A stretch of DNA of 63,749 nt, filler included. It is 4 parts of 4 records of this genome, joined end to end, with 100 filler letters (N's around TTAATTAATTAA, not from the genome) between each part and the next. Parts side by side here need not be neighbours in the genome. Positions count along the whole stretch, not along the records: positions 37,685 to 50,038 come from DRR723986_9373; 3 more parts are not named here. One strand, written 5' to 3'. Below the pieces are notes generated by a model. That model saw only the letters and a program-made list of their open reading frames with translations, was not told the origin of the DNA and did no database searches. Both the position numbers and the translations under genes were made by a program. This document shows positions 38,706-48,949 of this stretch, in pieces (within the stretch, counting starts at the first letter, position 1; each line of letters opens with the position of its first letter).

Positions 38706-39707
38706 TTAATCGTTGGGTTCCCGGTGATCTGCACGAAATTGTGTCGGGGTTTTCTTTTCGTGTTTTGAAAACGTGCGGGCAAAGTTTGAGGGGTCCGCGT
38801 AACCAAGAGCGCTTGCTATTGCTTCGACAGTCCGATCACTTTGCGTCAGCGTATTCTTTGCAAAAACCAACCGCGCGGCAGTTAGTTCCCTAGATGTTGT
38901 GGTACCCAAGGCGGACAATCGACGGGCAAGCGCTTTGGGGTGCATGTGAACTAACTTGGCTGCATCTGCGGTCAGCAAGCCGCCTTGGCCGATGTGCTGT
39001 TCCAGCAACTTACGAAAGTCAGCTAAAAAGCTGTGTTGACCCAAGACCTCAGGTTTGGAGGGTCGTGCGGTTTCCTTTTGGCGATTCATAGTCGGCAAGG
39101 CCAGCCAATCGGACGGGAACCGAATTCTGGGCCCCATGTTGTCACCCTTTAACATTTGATAGCGGCCGAAACGAAGTGGCAATGCCGTGGGATCACAAAG
39201 TACCAAAAACACCTGCTCAGGCTGGATCTGGGGGCCCAACACTTTTTCAATAATTGCCAGCTTGAGCCCAATCATGAATCCGTCATTCTGAATCGGTTCA
39301 ATCAGCGGTTTGAACTTACGTTTTTCCCCGAACGTTGCCTTGTCCCCTCGAATGTCGAGATAGGGGGTCACGGATAGGGCAACTTTGGTGGCTTGAACGA
39401 CATAAATATTTAGGAACTCGCCCAAGGTTTCGGCCTGCTTTAGAGCCATCGCGACCATCGGCCAGCCGGTCGGATCAAGTTGCGCGCCAATTGTCGCGCA
39501 AAATGTCCGGTCATTGGTGGCAGTGGCACAGTTTTCCACAAATTGGTGTATAACCATGACATGTACGGATGAACCCTCCTGTTCCACCGCGTTCATGGTC
39601 AAACCAACGCTGTCCAAAATGGGCTCTGGATCAATCCCCCGCTCTTTGAGGCCGCTGATAAGCGGCAGCAGGACTTGCAGTTGCACTAGGGGTAGCGAGT
39701 TGGGCAA
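38706..39707 (-). CDS. AraC-family transcriptional regulator
   Basis: C-terminal double HTH (IASALGYADPSNFARTFSKHEKKTPTQFR); GGAGG RBS before the TTG. Confidence 0.92.
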   Translation of the reverse strand: MPNSLPLVQLQVLLPLISGLKERGIDPEPILDSVGLTMNAVEQEGSSVHVMVIHQFVENCATATNDRTFCATIGAQLDPTGWPMVAMALKQAETLGEFLNIYVVQATKVALSVTPYLDIRGDKATFGEKRKFKPLIEPIQNDGFMIGLKLAIIEKVLGPQIQPEQVFLVLCDPTALPLRFGRYQMLKGDNMGPRIRFPSDWLALPTMNRQKETARPSKPEVLGQHSFLADFRKLLEQHIGQGGLLTADAAKLVHMHPKALARRLSALGTTTSRELTAARLVFAKNTLTQSDRTVEAIASALGYADPSNFARTFSKHEKKTPTQFRADHREPND

Positions 39708-39891
39708 TAAAGACCTCCACGAATGCGAAGTTGCCTGTTATCCAGTCCGAATTTTGTCAGTCAGTCAACTATTGCCAGTCATTTCTTACCAAAAATCGCA
39801 TGCCACTGTCCCAACATGACGGGCGAGCAATTTTTGAATCTGCCAGTATCAAATTCGAGATTCGGAATTTTTAATGCTGAGGGGTTACTCA

Positions 39892-41319
39892 ATGAAGAAG
39901 TGCATATTGTTTTCCAAATCGGCTCTTTGTGGGCTTCTTGCCGTCCTGGCATTGCCTGCACTGGCGCAGGAAGACGCACCGCCATCAATCCTGTTCACAA
40001 ACGCGAATGTGTTCGACGGCTTTAGCCCTGACCTGATCGAAGGTGCGAACGTGCTGGTCGAAGGCAACGTTATCACGCAAGTCTCGACCGACGCGATTGA
40101 TGCGCCGGATGCCTTTGTCGTCGATGCCTCTGGTAAAACGATGACGCCGGGCTTGATCGATATGCATACGCATAGTGTGTTCATGACACCTGAGGGGACA
40201 AACTCCTATTCCGACAAATGGGATGGGCCTGGTGGTGGAGCGATGGCCGCACAAGGTCTGCGCGAAGACTTTCTGATGAAGGGATACACAACCGTACGAG
40301 AAATCGCTGGAAATTCACGCGGTCTCGCAATGGCGTCAAAGCGCGGTTTGCTCATTGCGCCTCGTATCTACACATCAGGCGCAGTTCTGAGCCATACCGG
40401 CGGACATGGGGATTGGGGCGCAGCAAACGATACTGATGTTACAGATCATGGTGCCATGATCCAACATTCGATGATTGTCGACAGCCCAGATGACGTCATC
40501 AAAGCGTCCCGTCGAAATTATCGAAATGGCGCGCATTTTACCAAGATCATGGCAGGAGGGGGCGTCGCCAGTATTTATGATCCCCTTGAAATCCTTGGTG
40601 CCACCAAAGACGAAATGGAAGCCGCAGTTAACATTGCGGAAAACTACGGCACGTATGTCGCTATCCACGCTTACCATGACCGATCCTATCAGCAAGCGCT
40701 CGATGCAGGGGTGCGCAGCTTTGAACATGGGTTCCTTGTATCCGAGGATATTGTGAAACAGATGGCCGCAAAAGGGGACGAAATCGTCTGGAGTTTTCAG
40801 TGTTACATGAGTGTGAAGTCATTTGGTTCTTATGAATCCATGCCTGCATTTTTTACTCATGAGCAAAAGCTGAAGGGTGTTGCCGTTGGGGAAGGGGCTC
40901 GAAAAGCGGCCAAAATGATGCGTGAAAACGGTGTTTTCATCACGGGAGGGGCCGATATGTTTGGCCCGGGTCTTCAGGAAATCGCAAAAGAAGATATCGT
41001 CTGTGAAGTGGAAGAAGCTGGTTTCACGCCCGCTGCGGCCCTGAAACACTACACCGGAAATGCGGGCAAGGTCTTGAAATGGTCTGGGCCTCTTGATCCC
41101 TATCCTACATATGCGTTGGGGACCATCGCGCCAGATAGCTACGCCGACATCCTGCTTTGGGACGGTAATCCTTTGGAGGATATCCGTTTGATTTTGGATG
41201 AGAGCAAACTGCAACTGATCATGAAGGACGGGCGAGCTTACAAAAATACCATGGTCGATGCAGGCAATATTATGTACCGGCCCGGCACTTCCAAACCTTC
41301 CATCACTTCATTCCAATGA
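39892..41319 (+). CDS. exported metal-dependent amidohydrolase (prolidase-like)
   Basis: Signal peptide; PGLIDMHTH, SHTGGHGD, KIMAGGG, HAY, SFEHG, GADM and ADILLWDGNPL. Confidence 0.9.
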   Translation: MKKCILFSKSALCGLLAVLALPALAQEDAPPSILFTNANVFDGFSPDLIEGANVLVEGNVITQVSTDAIDAPDAFVVDASGKTMTPGLIDMHTHSVFMTPEGTNSYSDKWDGPGGGAMAAQGLREDFLMKGYTTVREIAGNSRGLAMASKRGLLIAPRIYTSGAVLSHTGGHGDWGAANDTDVTDHGAMIQHSMIVDSPDDVIKASRRNYRNGAHFTKIMAGGGVASIYDPLEILGATKDEMEAAVNIAENYGTYVAIHAYHDRSYQQALDAGVRSFEHGFLVSEDIVKQMAAKGDEIVWSFQCYMSVKSFGSYESMPAFFTHEQKLKGVAVGEGARKAAKMMRENGVFITGGADMFGPGLQEIAKEDIVCEVEEAGFTPAAALKHYTGNAGKVLKWSGPLDPYPTYALGTIAPDSYADILLWDGNPLEDIRLILDESKLQLIMKDGRAYKNTMVDAGNIMYRPGTSKPSITSFQ

Positions 41320-41534
41320 CCGGAATTCCCGCAGCGTTTGCCGCAAGACTTCGTTGCCTTGGTGGTGGTTTCTTTCAGCCAACATGGATCATGAAGTTCG
41401 GAAGAGTTCTTTCAAAGATTTCATCAATGGCGATGCAGGGGACCAAACCTGTGATCGTTTGATGAACAGTGGGGCGGAAGTTACCTCGGTCGCCCCACTA
41501 TTTTTTGCCTAATACTCTTAGGACCCGAGATAAA

Positions 41535-42545
41535 ATGAGAAAACTCACAGTCGGTGTTATCGCCAGCCTCTGTTTGACCATTGCAGGCCATGTGCGTTCC
41601 CAAGATTTGAAGCATGCTGTCGAAAGTAGCCCCCGCCCTTGGTCCCACGAACGCTTTGATGCGGCCCCAGACAAGTTTACATTTGCCATTCATTCAGATC
41701 TGACGGGCGGTGAACGCCCCGACATATTTGCGACTGCGGTGGCGCAACTGGCGCTTCTGCGCCCTGAGTTCCTGATCAGCATCGGCGATCTTATCGAAGG
41801 CGGTGGCACCCGCAAAGAGTTGATCGCTGAATGGGATAGCTATGATGCCCGCATTCAGTCGCTTAATGCGCCGGTATTCTATGCGGGTGGCAATCACGAC
41901 CTGTCCAGCGCGTTAGAGCGCGAGGTCTGGGCCGAACGCTATGGACCGTTCTATTATCACTTCCGCTACAAGGACGTTCTGTTTCTGGTGCTCGACAGCG
42001 AAGATGTGGCCCCGGATCGGCGCGACACGATCGCCGCCGCGCGTGCGGAAGCCGTCGAAATCTTCAAAACCGAAGGCCCCGAAGCCTTTGCCGCCACCCC
42101 GTATGGTCAGAGCCCCGAGCGCGAAAGTGGCGCCATAAGCAAGGCTCAGGCGGATTACTTCACGAAGGCGATTGCCGCCAACCCGGATGTTCGTCACAGC
42201 TTTGTCTTTGTGCACAAGCCGGTCTGGCTACGCAAAGACGGCACACCGTTCCAGCGTATCGAACAGGCGTTGGCCGGGCACGCCTATACGGTTTTCAACG
42301 GGCATGTTCAGGCCTATTCACATCGGGTGCGCCATGCGCAGGACTACATCCAACTGGCGACGACCGGAGGCAAACAGTTCCCTGACCTAGGGTTTTCCGA
42401 GGATCACATCACGCTTGTCACCGTGTCGGGCAAGGACGTGGCTATCGCAAACCTGATGCTGGCTGGCATTCGCGACAAGACCGGGGCGATCCCCAACAAC
42501 GGAGGTGCCCTGTGTTTTTCAACATCAGAATGCGCAAGCCAATGA
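41535..42545 (+). CDS. exported calcineurin-like metallophosphoesterase
   Basis: Signal peptide; SD, GDL, GNHD, HKP and GHVQ motifs. Confidence 0.88.
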   Translation: MRKLTVGVIASLCLTIAGHVRSQDLKHAVESSPRPWSHERFDAAPDKFTFAIHSDLTGGERPDIFATAVAQLALLRPEFLISIGDLIEGGGTRKELIAEWDSYDARIQSLNAPVFYAGGNHDLSSALEREVWAERYGPFYYHFRYKDVLFLVLDSEDVAPDRRDTIAAARAEAVEIFKTEGPEAFAATPYGQSPERESGAISKAQADYFTKAIAANPDVRHSFVFVHKPVWLRKDGTPFQRIEQALAGHAYTVFNGHVQAYSHRVRHAQDYIQLATTGGKQFPDLGFSEDHITLVTVSGKDVAIANLMLAGIRDKTGAIPNNGGALCFSTSECASQ

Positions 42546-43765
42546 GCCGATTTACAAAGGGTTTCAGCACACGCGGGGCAGGGGGCCTCTTTGCGGGCCT
42601 GTGTCTGGCCGTAGCCGGTTCGATCCCGATGCCGTCTTTGGCGCAGGGCCTAGGCGGCCCGTCGTCGACCCAGGCCGATCTTACGCCGGGCGACGGGTTG
42701 ACCGACCCGCAGTTCCGAACCGATTTTCCCCGCAATATAGCTCCTGGCTGGTTCGCCTGGAAAGACACACTTGCGGAGAAGGGATTCAAGTTCAATCTGG
42801 ATTACATTTCGCTTGGACAGTGGTCGAATGCGAACATCGGTGAGGGCAAGGCAAGCGGCGGCATGGCACGGTTCTATGGAACTTGGCAGGCGACCCAGCT
42901 TGGGTCTCTGACGTTCAAAATCGAAAACCGTCATGCCTATGGTGCCGTCGCGCCTCAGTTCTTTGGGTTTGACAGCGGTGCGCTGTCGATCACGGGCACG
43001 GCTTTCAATGACAACGGGACATTGCTGACCAACTTGTTTTGGACGCAAAGGGCTGCGGATGGGGCCTGGACACTTCAGGTGGGCCAGATCGATGTGACTG
43101 ATTTTACAGACGTCTATGGGCTGGTCAGCCCGTACACTGCTTTCCAGAACCTTGCATTCAACACCAACCCCACAATCAATGCGCCCAACCCAGGACTGGG
43201 CATTGCCGGGGGCGTCAAGCTGGGCGAGAACTTTTACATGGTGGGCAGCCTGGCCGACGCCAATGCTGACCCGTCCCAGCCCGATGCAAAGGTTTTCTCG
43301 CATGGCAATCTCTTCAAAAGCCTTGAGATTGGTTATACCAGCGGCCTGGATCGCATTTATTTTGACAACGTACACATGACATTCTGGCATTCGGATGCCG
43401 CAGATGATGGCAGTCGCGCAGAAGATTACGGAGCCACATTTTCCGCCGCTTGGTTCATCGACAACACATGGATGCCATTTCTTCGCGCCGGTGCCTCAAA
43501 AGGCACCGCAGCACTTTATGACAAATCGGTTTCAGCGGGTGTCGGATACTTTGCGCGCAACACCGATCTGGCCGGATTGGGTGTCAACTGGGCCGAAGCC
43601 AAGGGTATTCCCGGCAGCCAGGTCACGTTAGAAGCCTTCTACCGCTTCTCAATATCCCCGGGTTTCCAAATCACGCCGTCTATTCAGTACATTCATAATC
43701 CGCTTCTGAACTCTAGCCAGTCCAGTGTCACACTAATTGGGGTACGGGGTCGGATCGTATTTTGA
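42542..43765 (+). CDS. carbohydrate-selective porin (OprB family)
   Basis: Signal peptide, beta-strand pattern, GQID..DF.D, EAFYRF...QITPSIQY..NP and terminal F; ATGA overlap with the upstream gene. Confidence 0.85.
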   Translation: MSRFTKGFSTRGAGGLFAGLCLAVAGSIPMPSLAQGLGGPSSTQADLTPGDGLTDPQFRTDFPRNIAPGWFAWKDTLAEKGFKFNLDYISLGQWSNANIGEGKASGGMARFYGTWQATQLGSLTFKIENRHAYGAVAPQFFGFDSGALSITGTAFNDNGTLLTNLFWTQRAADGAWTLQVGQIDVTDFTDVYGLVSPYTAFQNLAFNTNPTINAPNPGLGIAGGVKLGENFYMVGSLADANADPSQPDAKVFSHGNLFKSLEIGYTSGLDRIYFDNVHMTFWHSDAADDGSRAEDYGATFSAAWFIDNTWMPFLRAGASKGTAALYDKSVSAGVGYFARNTDLAGLGVNWAEAKGIPGSQVTLEAFYRFSISPGFQITPSIQYIHNPLLNSSQSSVTLIGVRGRIVF

Positions 43766-43911
43766 CGATTGGGAAACCTGCGCTTAGCTGCCGTTGGCGA
43801 TGACTGCGACAGTTGTGATCGAGCGCCAGGGCAGTTGAATGACCGCTTTGGATAAACGAAACGATCACTGACGATACAGGTGCCCGAAGGTTCTTAAAGT
43901 TCTATGACTGG

Positions 43912-44373
43912 CTATTGTTCATCCAATATTCGACCAAGCTCATCCTTGTATGACCTTAAGCTACTAAGCAGAGCATCGGGGTCTCCAACATCCGGCTGAT
44001 TTGACAGTTGAGTCTCAAACTCATGTAGCTTTGGACCAGCCCGCGCCACCAGATCCTGACCTTGCTCAGTCGAGATAACAATCCGACTTCGCTTATCTCC
44101 CTTGTTCTCAACACGCGAAATGTGTCCATACTCTTCTAATCTGGCCAAGCCATTGCTAACGTGAGATTTTTTAATGCCGCTTTCTTCGCAGATATCCTGC
44201 GCACGGCACGACTGAAGTGAAACGACTGCCCTCAGGATACGCCAATCCTGCCAATTCAACCCAGTCTCCCGAAGAACAGCTTTGGAATACAGCATCATGA
44301 TTTTTTGAGAGAGAGAATAGATCGCAGCGAAGATCATTTCACCGGACGTCATTCCGTTCAATTTCTGGTCCAT
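43912..44373 (-). CDS. MarR-family transcriptional regulator
   Basis: GLNWQDWRIL, VS..L.RLE..G.I.R...DKRS..V..T..G winged helix. Confidence 0.9.
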   Translation of the reverse strand: MDQKLNGMTSGEMIFAAIYSLSQKIMMLYSKAVLRETGLNWQDWRILRAVVSLQSCRAQDICEESGIKKSHVSNGLARLEEYGHISRVENKGDKRSRIVISTEQGQDLVARAGPKLHEFETQLSNQPDVGDPDALLSSLRSYKDELGRILDEQ

Positions 44374-44404
44374 TTGCACTTCACCGATCATCACATCAAA
44401 TTTG

Positions 44405-44424
44405 GTTACGTAGGTAACTTGACA
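44405..44424 (+). promoter_or_regulatory. candidate MarR operator abutting a TTGACA -35 box of the TRAP operon
   Basis: GTTAC-gtag-GTAAC palindrome (44405-44418) directly followed by TTGACA (44419-44424) in the marR/dctP divergent region. Confidence 0.55.
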
Positions 44425-44496
44425 AAAATCCAAGCTTCACGCAACTCTTGACCAAAAAGGGGGCAACAGCTGCTCCGTTATTCAGGGAGGACAATT

Positions 44497-45492
44497 ATGC
44501 GTAAAATGTTGTTAGGGGCAATGTGCGCCGGATCAGTGATGTTTGCAGCAGCATCTGTACATGCTGAGACCGTTATTCGGGTGACCCTTCAGTTGCCGAA
44601 GACACATTCTCTGGGGCAGAATTGGTTGGATTTTCAAACCTTGATTGAAGAGAAATCGGGTGGTGAACTGAAGCTTCAACTGTTTGATTCAGCTCAGTTG
44701 TTCAAAGACAAAGAAGTTCCAGAAGCGGTTGGAACTGGCGCAGTTGAGGCCGGAACAGCATTTTTGGGGCGCTTCACCGGTGCGGTTCCTGCAGTCGACG
44801 TTGTCGCCATTCCCTTCATCTTTGATGACGAGGCGCATTTGCGTTCGGCGGTGGCTTCGGGGTCCGAGTTGCGCACAGGCCTGGATGCTGAAATATTGAA
44901 AGAAACCAACGCCAAAGTTCTATGGTGGCAAGCCTTTGGTCGTAACATCTATCTCTCAAATGACAACGCGATACGCGTGCCTGCAGATATGGCAAGTAAA
45001 AAGGTTCGAACCTACGGCAAGGTACACGGCTGGACCGTTGAGGCCCTGGGCGGAGCACCAACACTCATGTCCGGATCCAAGCAGTTCCTTGCCTACCAAC
45101 AAGGTGCGGTTGATGTCGGCATGACCGGCGCGTCGGCTGTTCGGTCACGTAAATTGTACGAAGTCATGGATCATGTGACCCTGTCCTATGACAGTGCCAT
45201 TGAGTTTGTCGCTGTCATGAACAACGATTTTTTCGAAGGTCTTTCGGCTGAACATCAAGCGATCATCATGGACGCAGCCGCAACTGTTGAGGCTAGTCTT
45301 CGCGATGCGATCTACACCCAAGAGGCCGAAGCCGTAGCTGAGGTGAGCAGTAAAATGACTGTCGTCGAATTGACCGAGGCCGAGCGCGCTGAATGGGTAT
45401 CAGCCACCGCTGGTGTCGTTGATCGTTTTGTCAGCGAAACCGGCGATGCCGGAGCTGCAGCAGTTGCCGCAGTTCGTGCTGCAGCAAATTAA
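44497..45492 (+). CDS. dctP: TRAP transporter substrate-binding protein
   Basis: Signal peptide, SGGELK..LF..QL, G.R, K.R and ALGG.P; GGGAGG RBS; followed by dctQ and dctM. Confidence 0.93.
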   Translation: MRKMLLGAMCAGSVMFAAASVHAETVIRVTLQLPKTHSLGQNWLDFQTLIEEKSGGELKLQLFDSAQLFKDKEVPEAVGTGAVEAGTAFLGRFTGAVPAVDVVAIPFIFDDEAHLRSAVASGSELRTGLDAEILKETNAKVLWWQAFGRNIYLSNDNAIRVPADMASKKVRTYGKVHGWTVEALGGAPTLMSGSKQFLAYQQGAVDVGMTGASAVRSRKLYEVMDHVTLSYDSAIEFVAVMNNDFFEGLSAEHQAIIMDAAATVEASLRDAIYTQEAEAVAEVSSKMTVVELTEAERAEWVSATAGVVDRFVSETGDAGAAAVAAVRAAAN

Positions 45493-45511
45493 GTTAAACC
45501 AAGATTTGGTC

Positions 45512-45540
45512 GCGGCCTCCAATTTGGGGGCCGCATTTTT
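45512..45540 (+). terminator. hairpin plus T-run after dctP (partial terminator or mRNA stabiliser)
   Basis: GCGGCCTCCAA-T-TTGGGGGCCGC followed by ATTTTT. Confidence 0.6.
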
Positions 45541-45559
45541 GCGAGCATAGTGGGGTAAC

Positions 45560-46087
45560 ATGGCATCGATACTCAACACATATGTCCGAACGATGGATAC
45601 CGTTTCGGAAGTTTCTGGCAAAATCGCAGCGTGGATGTTTTTCACCACTGGTGTCATTGTCTCGTTCGAAGTCTTCATGCGTTATGTCCTGAACTCACCA
45701 ACGATCTGGGTGGATGAAATCAGCCGCATTTTTCAGGTTTGGGCCGCCTATCTGGCCATTGCCTATGTGTTGAAACACAAGGCCCATATTATTATTGATG
45801 TCACGTTTCGTGACCCCAATTCTCTTGGCCGCAAAGTTGCCGATACGTTTGCCATGGGGGTGATTTTTTTCTTTTGCTTGGTCGCGGTGAAATACGGGAT
45901 TGATATCTGGTGGAAATCGACCGTTTCAGGCCACACGACAGACAGCTACCTTGCTGTTCCAAAAGTCTTTATTCAATCGGCAATCTGGGTTGGTTTTGGC
46001 TTGATGGCTTTGCAATGCGTGGCTGAGGTTATCAAAATATGGACTTGGGACCCTGACGATTTACCCAAGCAGACGCTGGTGCATTAA
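45560..46087 (+). CDS. dctQ: TRAP transporter small permease
   Basis: 4 TMs, EVFMRYVLNSPTIWVDE and HI.ID. Confidence 0.93.
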   Translation: MASILNTYVRTMDTVSEVSGKIAAWMFFTTGVIVSFEVFMRYVLNSPTIWVDEISRIFQVWAAYLAIAYVLKHKAHIIIDVTFRDPNSLGRKVADTFAMGVIFFFCLVAVKYGIDIWWKSTVSGHTTDSYLAVPKVFIQSAIWVGFGLMALQCVAEVIKIWTWDPDDLPKQTLVH

Positions 46088-46088
46088 G

Positions 46089-47360
46089 ATGGAAACTTTT
46101 CTTATTTTGGGTAGCCTGATCGGGCTGTTGTTGTTGCGTGTCCCGGTGGCCTTTGCAATGGGCGCCTTGGGGACAATTCTACTCTGGCTCAAGGGTTTGC
46201 CACTGATTGGAATTCCACAGCGCCTGTTTGGAACCATGGACAGTTTTGAGCTGCTGGCGGTGCCATTGTTCCTGCTGATGTCAAATGTCCTTCTTAAGGG
46301 GGGCGTGGGCCGTGACCTGTTTGCCAGTGTCCAAGCCTGGGTCGGCCACTGGCCCGGCGGTCTGGGCGTTGCTACCATCATGAGCTGCACCTTGTTTTCT
46401 GCAATTTCCGGATCGTCCGTCGCAACAGCCGCAACGATTGGGACCGTCGCCATCCCAGAGATGAAACAGCGCGGATATGATGAACCGTTCATTTTGGGTC
46501 AGCTTGCTGCTGGGGGAACGTTAGGAATTCTAATTCCACCCTCTATTCCCCTGATTATTTATGGAGTTATCACCGAAACCTCGATCCCGACCCTATTTCT
46601 GGCGGGTATCGGGCCAGGACTTTTGATGGCAAGTATCTTTATTATCTACGCGATGATGTACAGCCGCATGGGCGCTGCGGCTCCGATTGCCAAGGCAAAC
46701 TGGAGCGAGCGTGCAAAGGCTACGTTCTATGCCTTGCCAACTGTTGTTCTGGCCTTGGCAATCATCGGGTCAATTTATGCCGGCATCGCAACCCCATCAG
46801 AGAGCGCTGGTGTTGGCTTTGTCATCGCTATTTTGATGACCTTTCTGATGGGCCGGATGAACTGGGAAAAACTAAAAGGCGCGGTCGAGGATTCACTAAA
46901 AACCACAGCAATGATCTTTATCATCGTGGCTGGGGCAAAGGTATTTTCCTACGCTATAACATTATACCTGATCCCGCAGACCATAAGCGGTTATCTGATC
47001 AACAATATCACCGACCCAACGATGTTTATTCTGGCAGTTGGAATTGTTTTGTTAATCATTGGGTTTTTCCTGGAATCCCTTTCGATGATGTTGATCATGG
47101 TGCCGGTGTTATTCCCTGCCTTGCAGGCGATGGGTATTGACCCAATCTGGTTTGGTATCTTCTTTGTTGTACTGATCGAAGCCGCTCTGATCACGCCACC
47201 CGTAGGTCTCAACCTGTTTGTGATACAGGCGGTCGGAAAGGCCAGACTAGAAAGCGTGGTGCAGGGTGCTTGGCCGTTTGCGCTGATGATGCTGGGCATG
47301 GCAGCGCTTTTGTGGTTCTGGCAGGATCTTGCGCTCTACATCCCTTACAAGCTGTTTTAA
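46089..47360 (+). CDS. dctM: TRAP transporter large permease
   Basis: FSAISGSSVATAA, GTLGILIPPS and ITPPVG.NLFV. Confidence 0.95.
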   Translation: METFLILGSLIGLLLLRVPVAFAMGALGTILLWLKGLPLIGIPQRLFGTMDSFELLAVPLFLLMSNVLLKGGVGRDLFASVQAWVGHWPGGLGVATIMSCTLFSAISGSSVATAATIGTVAIPEMKQRGYDEPFILGQLAAGGTLGILIPPSIPLIIYGVITETSIPTLFLAGIGPGLLMASIFIIYAMMYSRMGAAAPIAKANWSERAKATFYALPTVVLALAIIGSIYAGIATPSESAGVGFVIAILMTFLMGRMNWEKLKGAVEDSLKTTAMIFIIVAGAKVFSYAITLYLIPQTISGYLINNITDPTMFILAVGIVLLIIGFFLESLSMMLIMVPVLFPALQAMGIDPIWFGIFFVVLIEAALITPPVGLNLFVIQAVGKARLESVVQGAWPFALMMLGMAALLWFWQDLALYIPYKLF

Positions 47361-47414
47361 CAGCGTTTTCCCTGCTCTTGGTGGCTCTCTGGGGCCGTAT
47401 CAAAAGGAAATCTC

Positions 47415-48290
47415 ATGACACAATCGTCACCTGACAGATTGCGGGCCCTGTTGAAGGGCGACCAGATTATAACCATGCCCTGCTGTTTTGACCCGTTGTC
47501 GGCGAAGTTGGTTGAGCAGGAAGGGTTTCCACTTACTTTCATGTCCGGTTTTGCGGCATCTGCGGCGCGCTTAGGGATGCCCGACACCGGGCTTATGTCT
47601 TATGGCGAGGTGGTCGATCAGGGTCGCAATATTTGCAACGCGGTGGATATACCTGTGATCGGCGATGGGGACACAGGGTATGGCAATGCTCTAAACACCA
47701 AGCGTACGGTTAAGGGGTTCGCTCAGGCCGGGTTTGCCGCCGTGATGATAGAGGATCAGGTGGCACCCAAACGGTGCGGACATACGGCTGGCAAAGCTGT
47801 TGTTGAGCGTGACGAAGCGTTCGAACGCATCCTTGCAGCAGTAGACGCGAGATCCGAAGACCACGATATCCTCATCCTTGCGAGAACGGATGCTCGCCAT
47901 GAACATGGCTTGGATGAAGCCATAGACCGCGCCCGGCGGTTTCATGAATTGGGAGCCGATATCTTGTTTGTCGAAGCGCCACGCGACACTGACGAAATGC
48001 GACGGATATGCAAAGAACTGCCTGGGCCCAAAATGGCCAATATGATTGAGGGGGGGCTTACACCTAACCTCTCGCCCGCTGAGTTACAGCATCTGGGTTT
48101 TCAAATCGCTGCCTACCCTATCACTCTGATGGCGGCCGCGATGAAAGCAATGACTGGTGCGCTCGAGCAACTCAAATCAGGTGACGTCGCTCCTGAGCTT
48201 TTAATGCCATTTGACGAGGTCAAAACACGTATTGGTTTTGACGACTATTTCGAAACAGAACAGCACTACGGCGGCCGGAAGATTACCTAA
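47415..48290 (+). CDS. isocitrate lyase / PEP mutase superfamily enzyme
   Basis: SGF, PD.G, DGDTGYG, IEDQ..PKRCGH, ARTDA and GAD.LFVE. Confidence 0.92.
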   Translation: MTQSSPDRLRALLKGDQIITMPCCFDPLSAKLVEQEGFPLTFMSGFAASAARLGMPDTGLMSYGEVVDQGRNICNAVDIPVIGDGDTGYGNALNTKRTVKGFAQAGFAAVMIEDQVAPKRCGHTAGKAVVERDEAFERILAAVDARSEDHDILILARTDARHEHGLDEAIDRARRFHELGADILFVEAPRDTDEMRRICKELPGPKMANMIEGGLTPNLSPAELQHLGFQIAAYPITLMAAAMKAMTGALEQLKSGDVAPELLMPFDEVKTRIGFDDYFETEQHYGGRKIT

Positions 48291-48741
48291 TCTGTTCTTT
48301 GATACTACCTCTAGATCAGAGGACCGAACTGCTGAAGTTGAAAAGATGGTAATCCAAGCGACGATGGAGTTTTCGACGTAAACTGACGGAGACTTTGCAT
48401 TGCGATTACCTACGGTTGATTACATTCAGTGAATGTCACATCTGACTGAGTGGCAAACCTCCGGGTTCTCCTGAGAGCAGTCATTCAAGTATTGCGCAGC
48501 TAACGGCAACTCTCGGCCCGAGGTGCAGGACGGCCATGTCTACTTTGGGCTGACAGTTGCCATTGCTTGGTACCTGACGGAAGCTCTGCTGCATTGTCAG
48601 CGTTGATGCGATGCCAAGACACTCCTCAATTCGGACTGCCCCTGACAGGATCAGATTTGCCGTTCTGATCGGTTTTCCGAGCGATCCGCCATACGCCACT
48701 GTGTGCGGTCAATGTGTGCGGTTGAAAATCTCCCACCTCAC

Positions 48742-48903
48742 CTATCCCCTTGAAAGCCCGTCAATGAACTGGATTTCAATGTCTTCGACCGGCTCACCGT
48801 TAGTATTCACGATACTGGTGATTTTACTCCGATAGGTTTCTGCATCTACGAAATATAAGCCTGAAGCATCGATGTCGTATGGTTGGGCGTAGAAGGTCGC
48901 CAT
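48742..48903 (-). pseudogene. truncated ArdA-like antirestriction gene (N-terminal 53 aa only)
   Basis: Own translation (below the ORF-track cutoff): MATFYAQPYDIDASGLYFVDAETYRSKITSIVNTNGEPVEDIEIQFIDGLSRG*; AQPYD..A.G.YF...N..G.PVE..EIQFIDG recalled as the alphaproteobacterial ArdA-like N-terminus. Confidence 0.65.
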
Positions 48904-48927
48904 TGTGTTCCCGTTTCATCCTGAGGT

Positions 48928-48949
48928 CAGGGTTGCGCTTGCAACCCTG
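48928..48949. promoter_or_regulatory. 9-bp hairpin in the leader of the ardA-like remnant
   Basis: CAGGGTTGC-gctt-GCAACCCTG, 24 bp upstream of the ATG. Confidence 0.45.
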
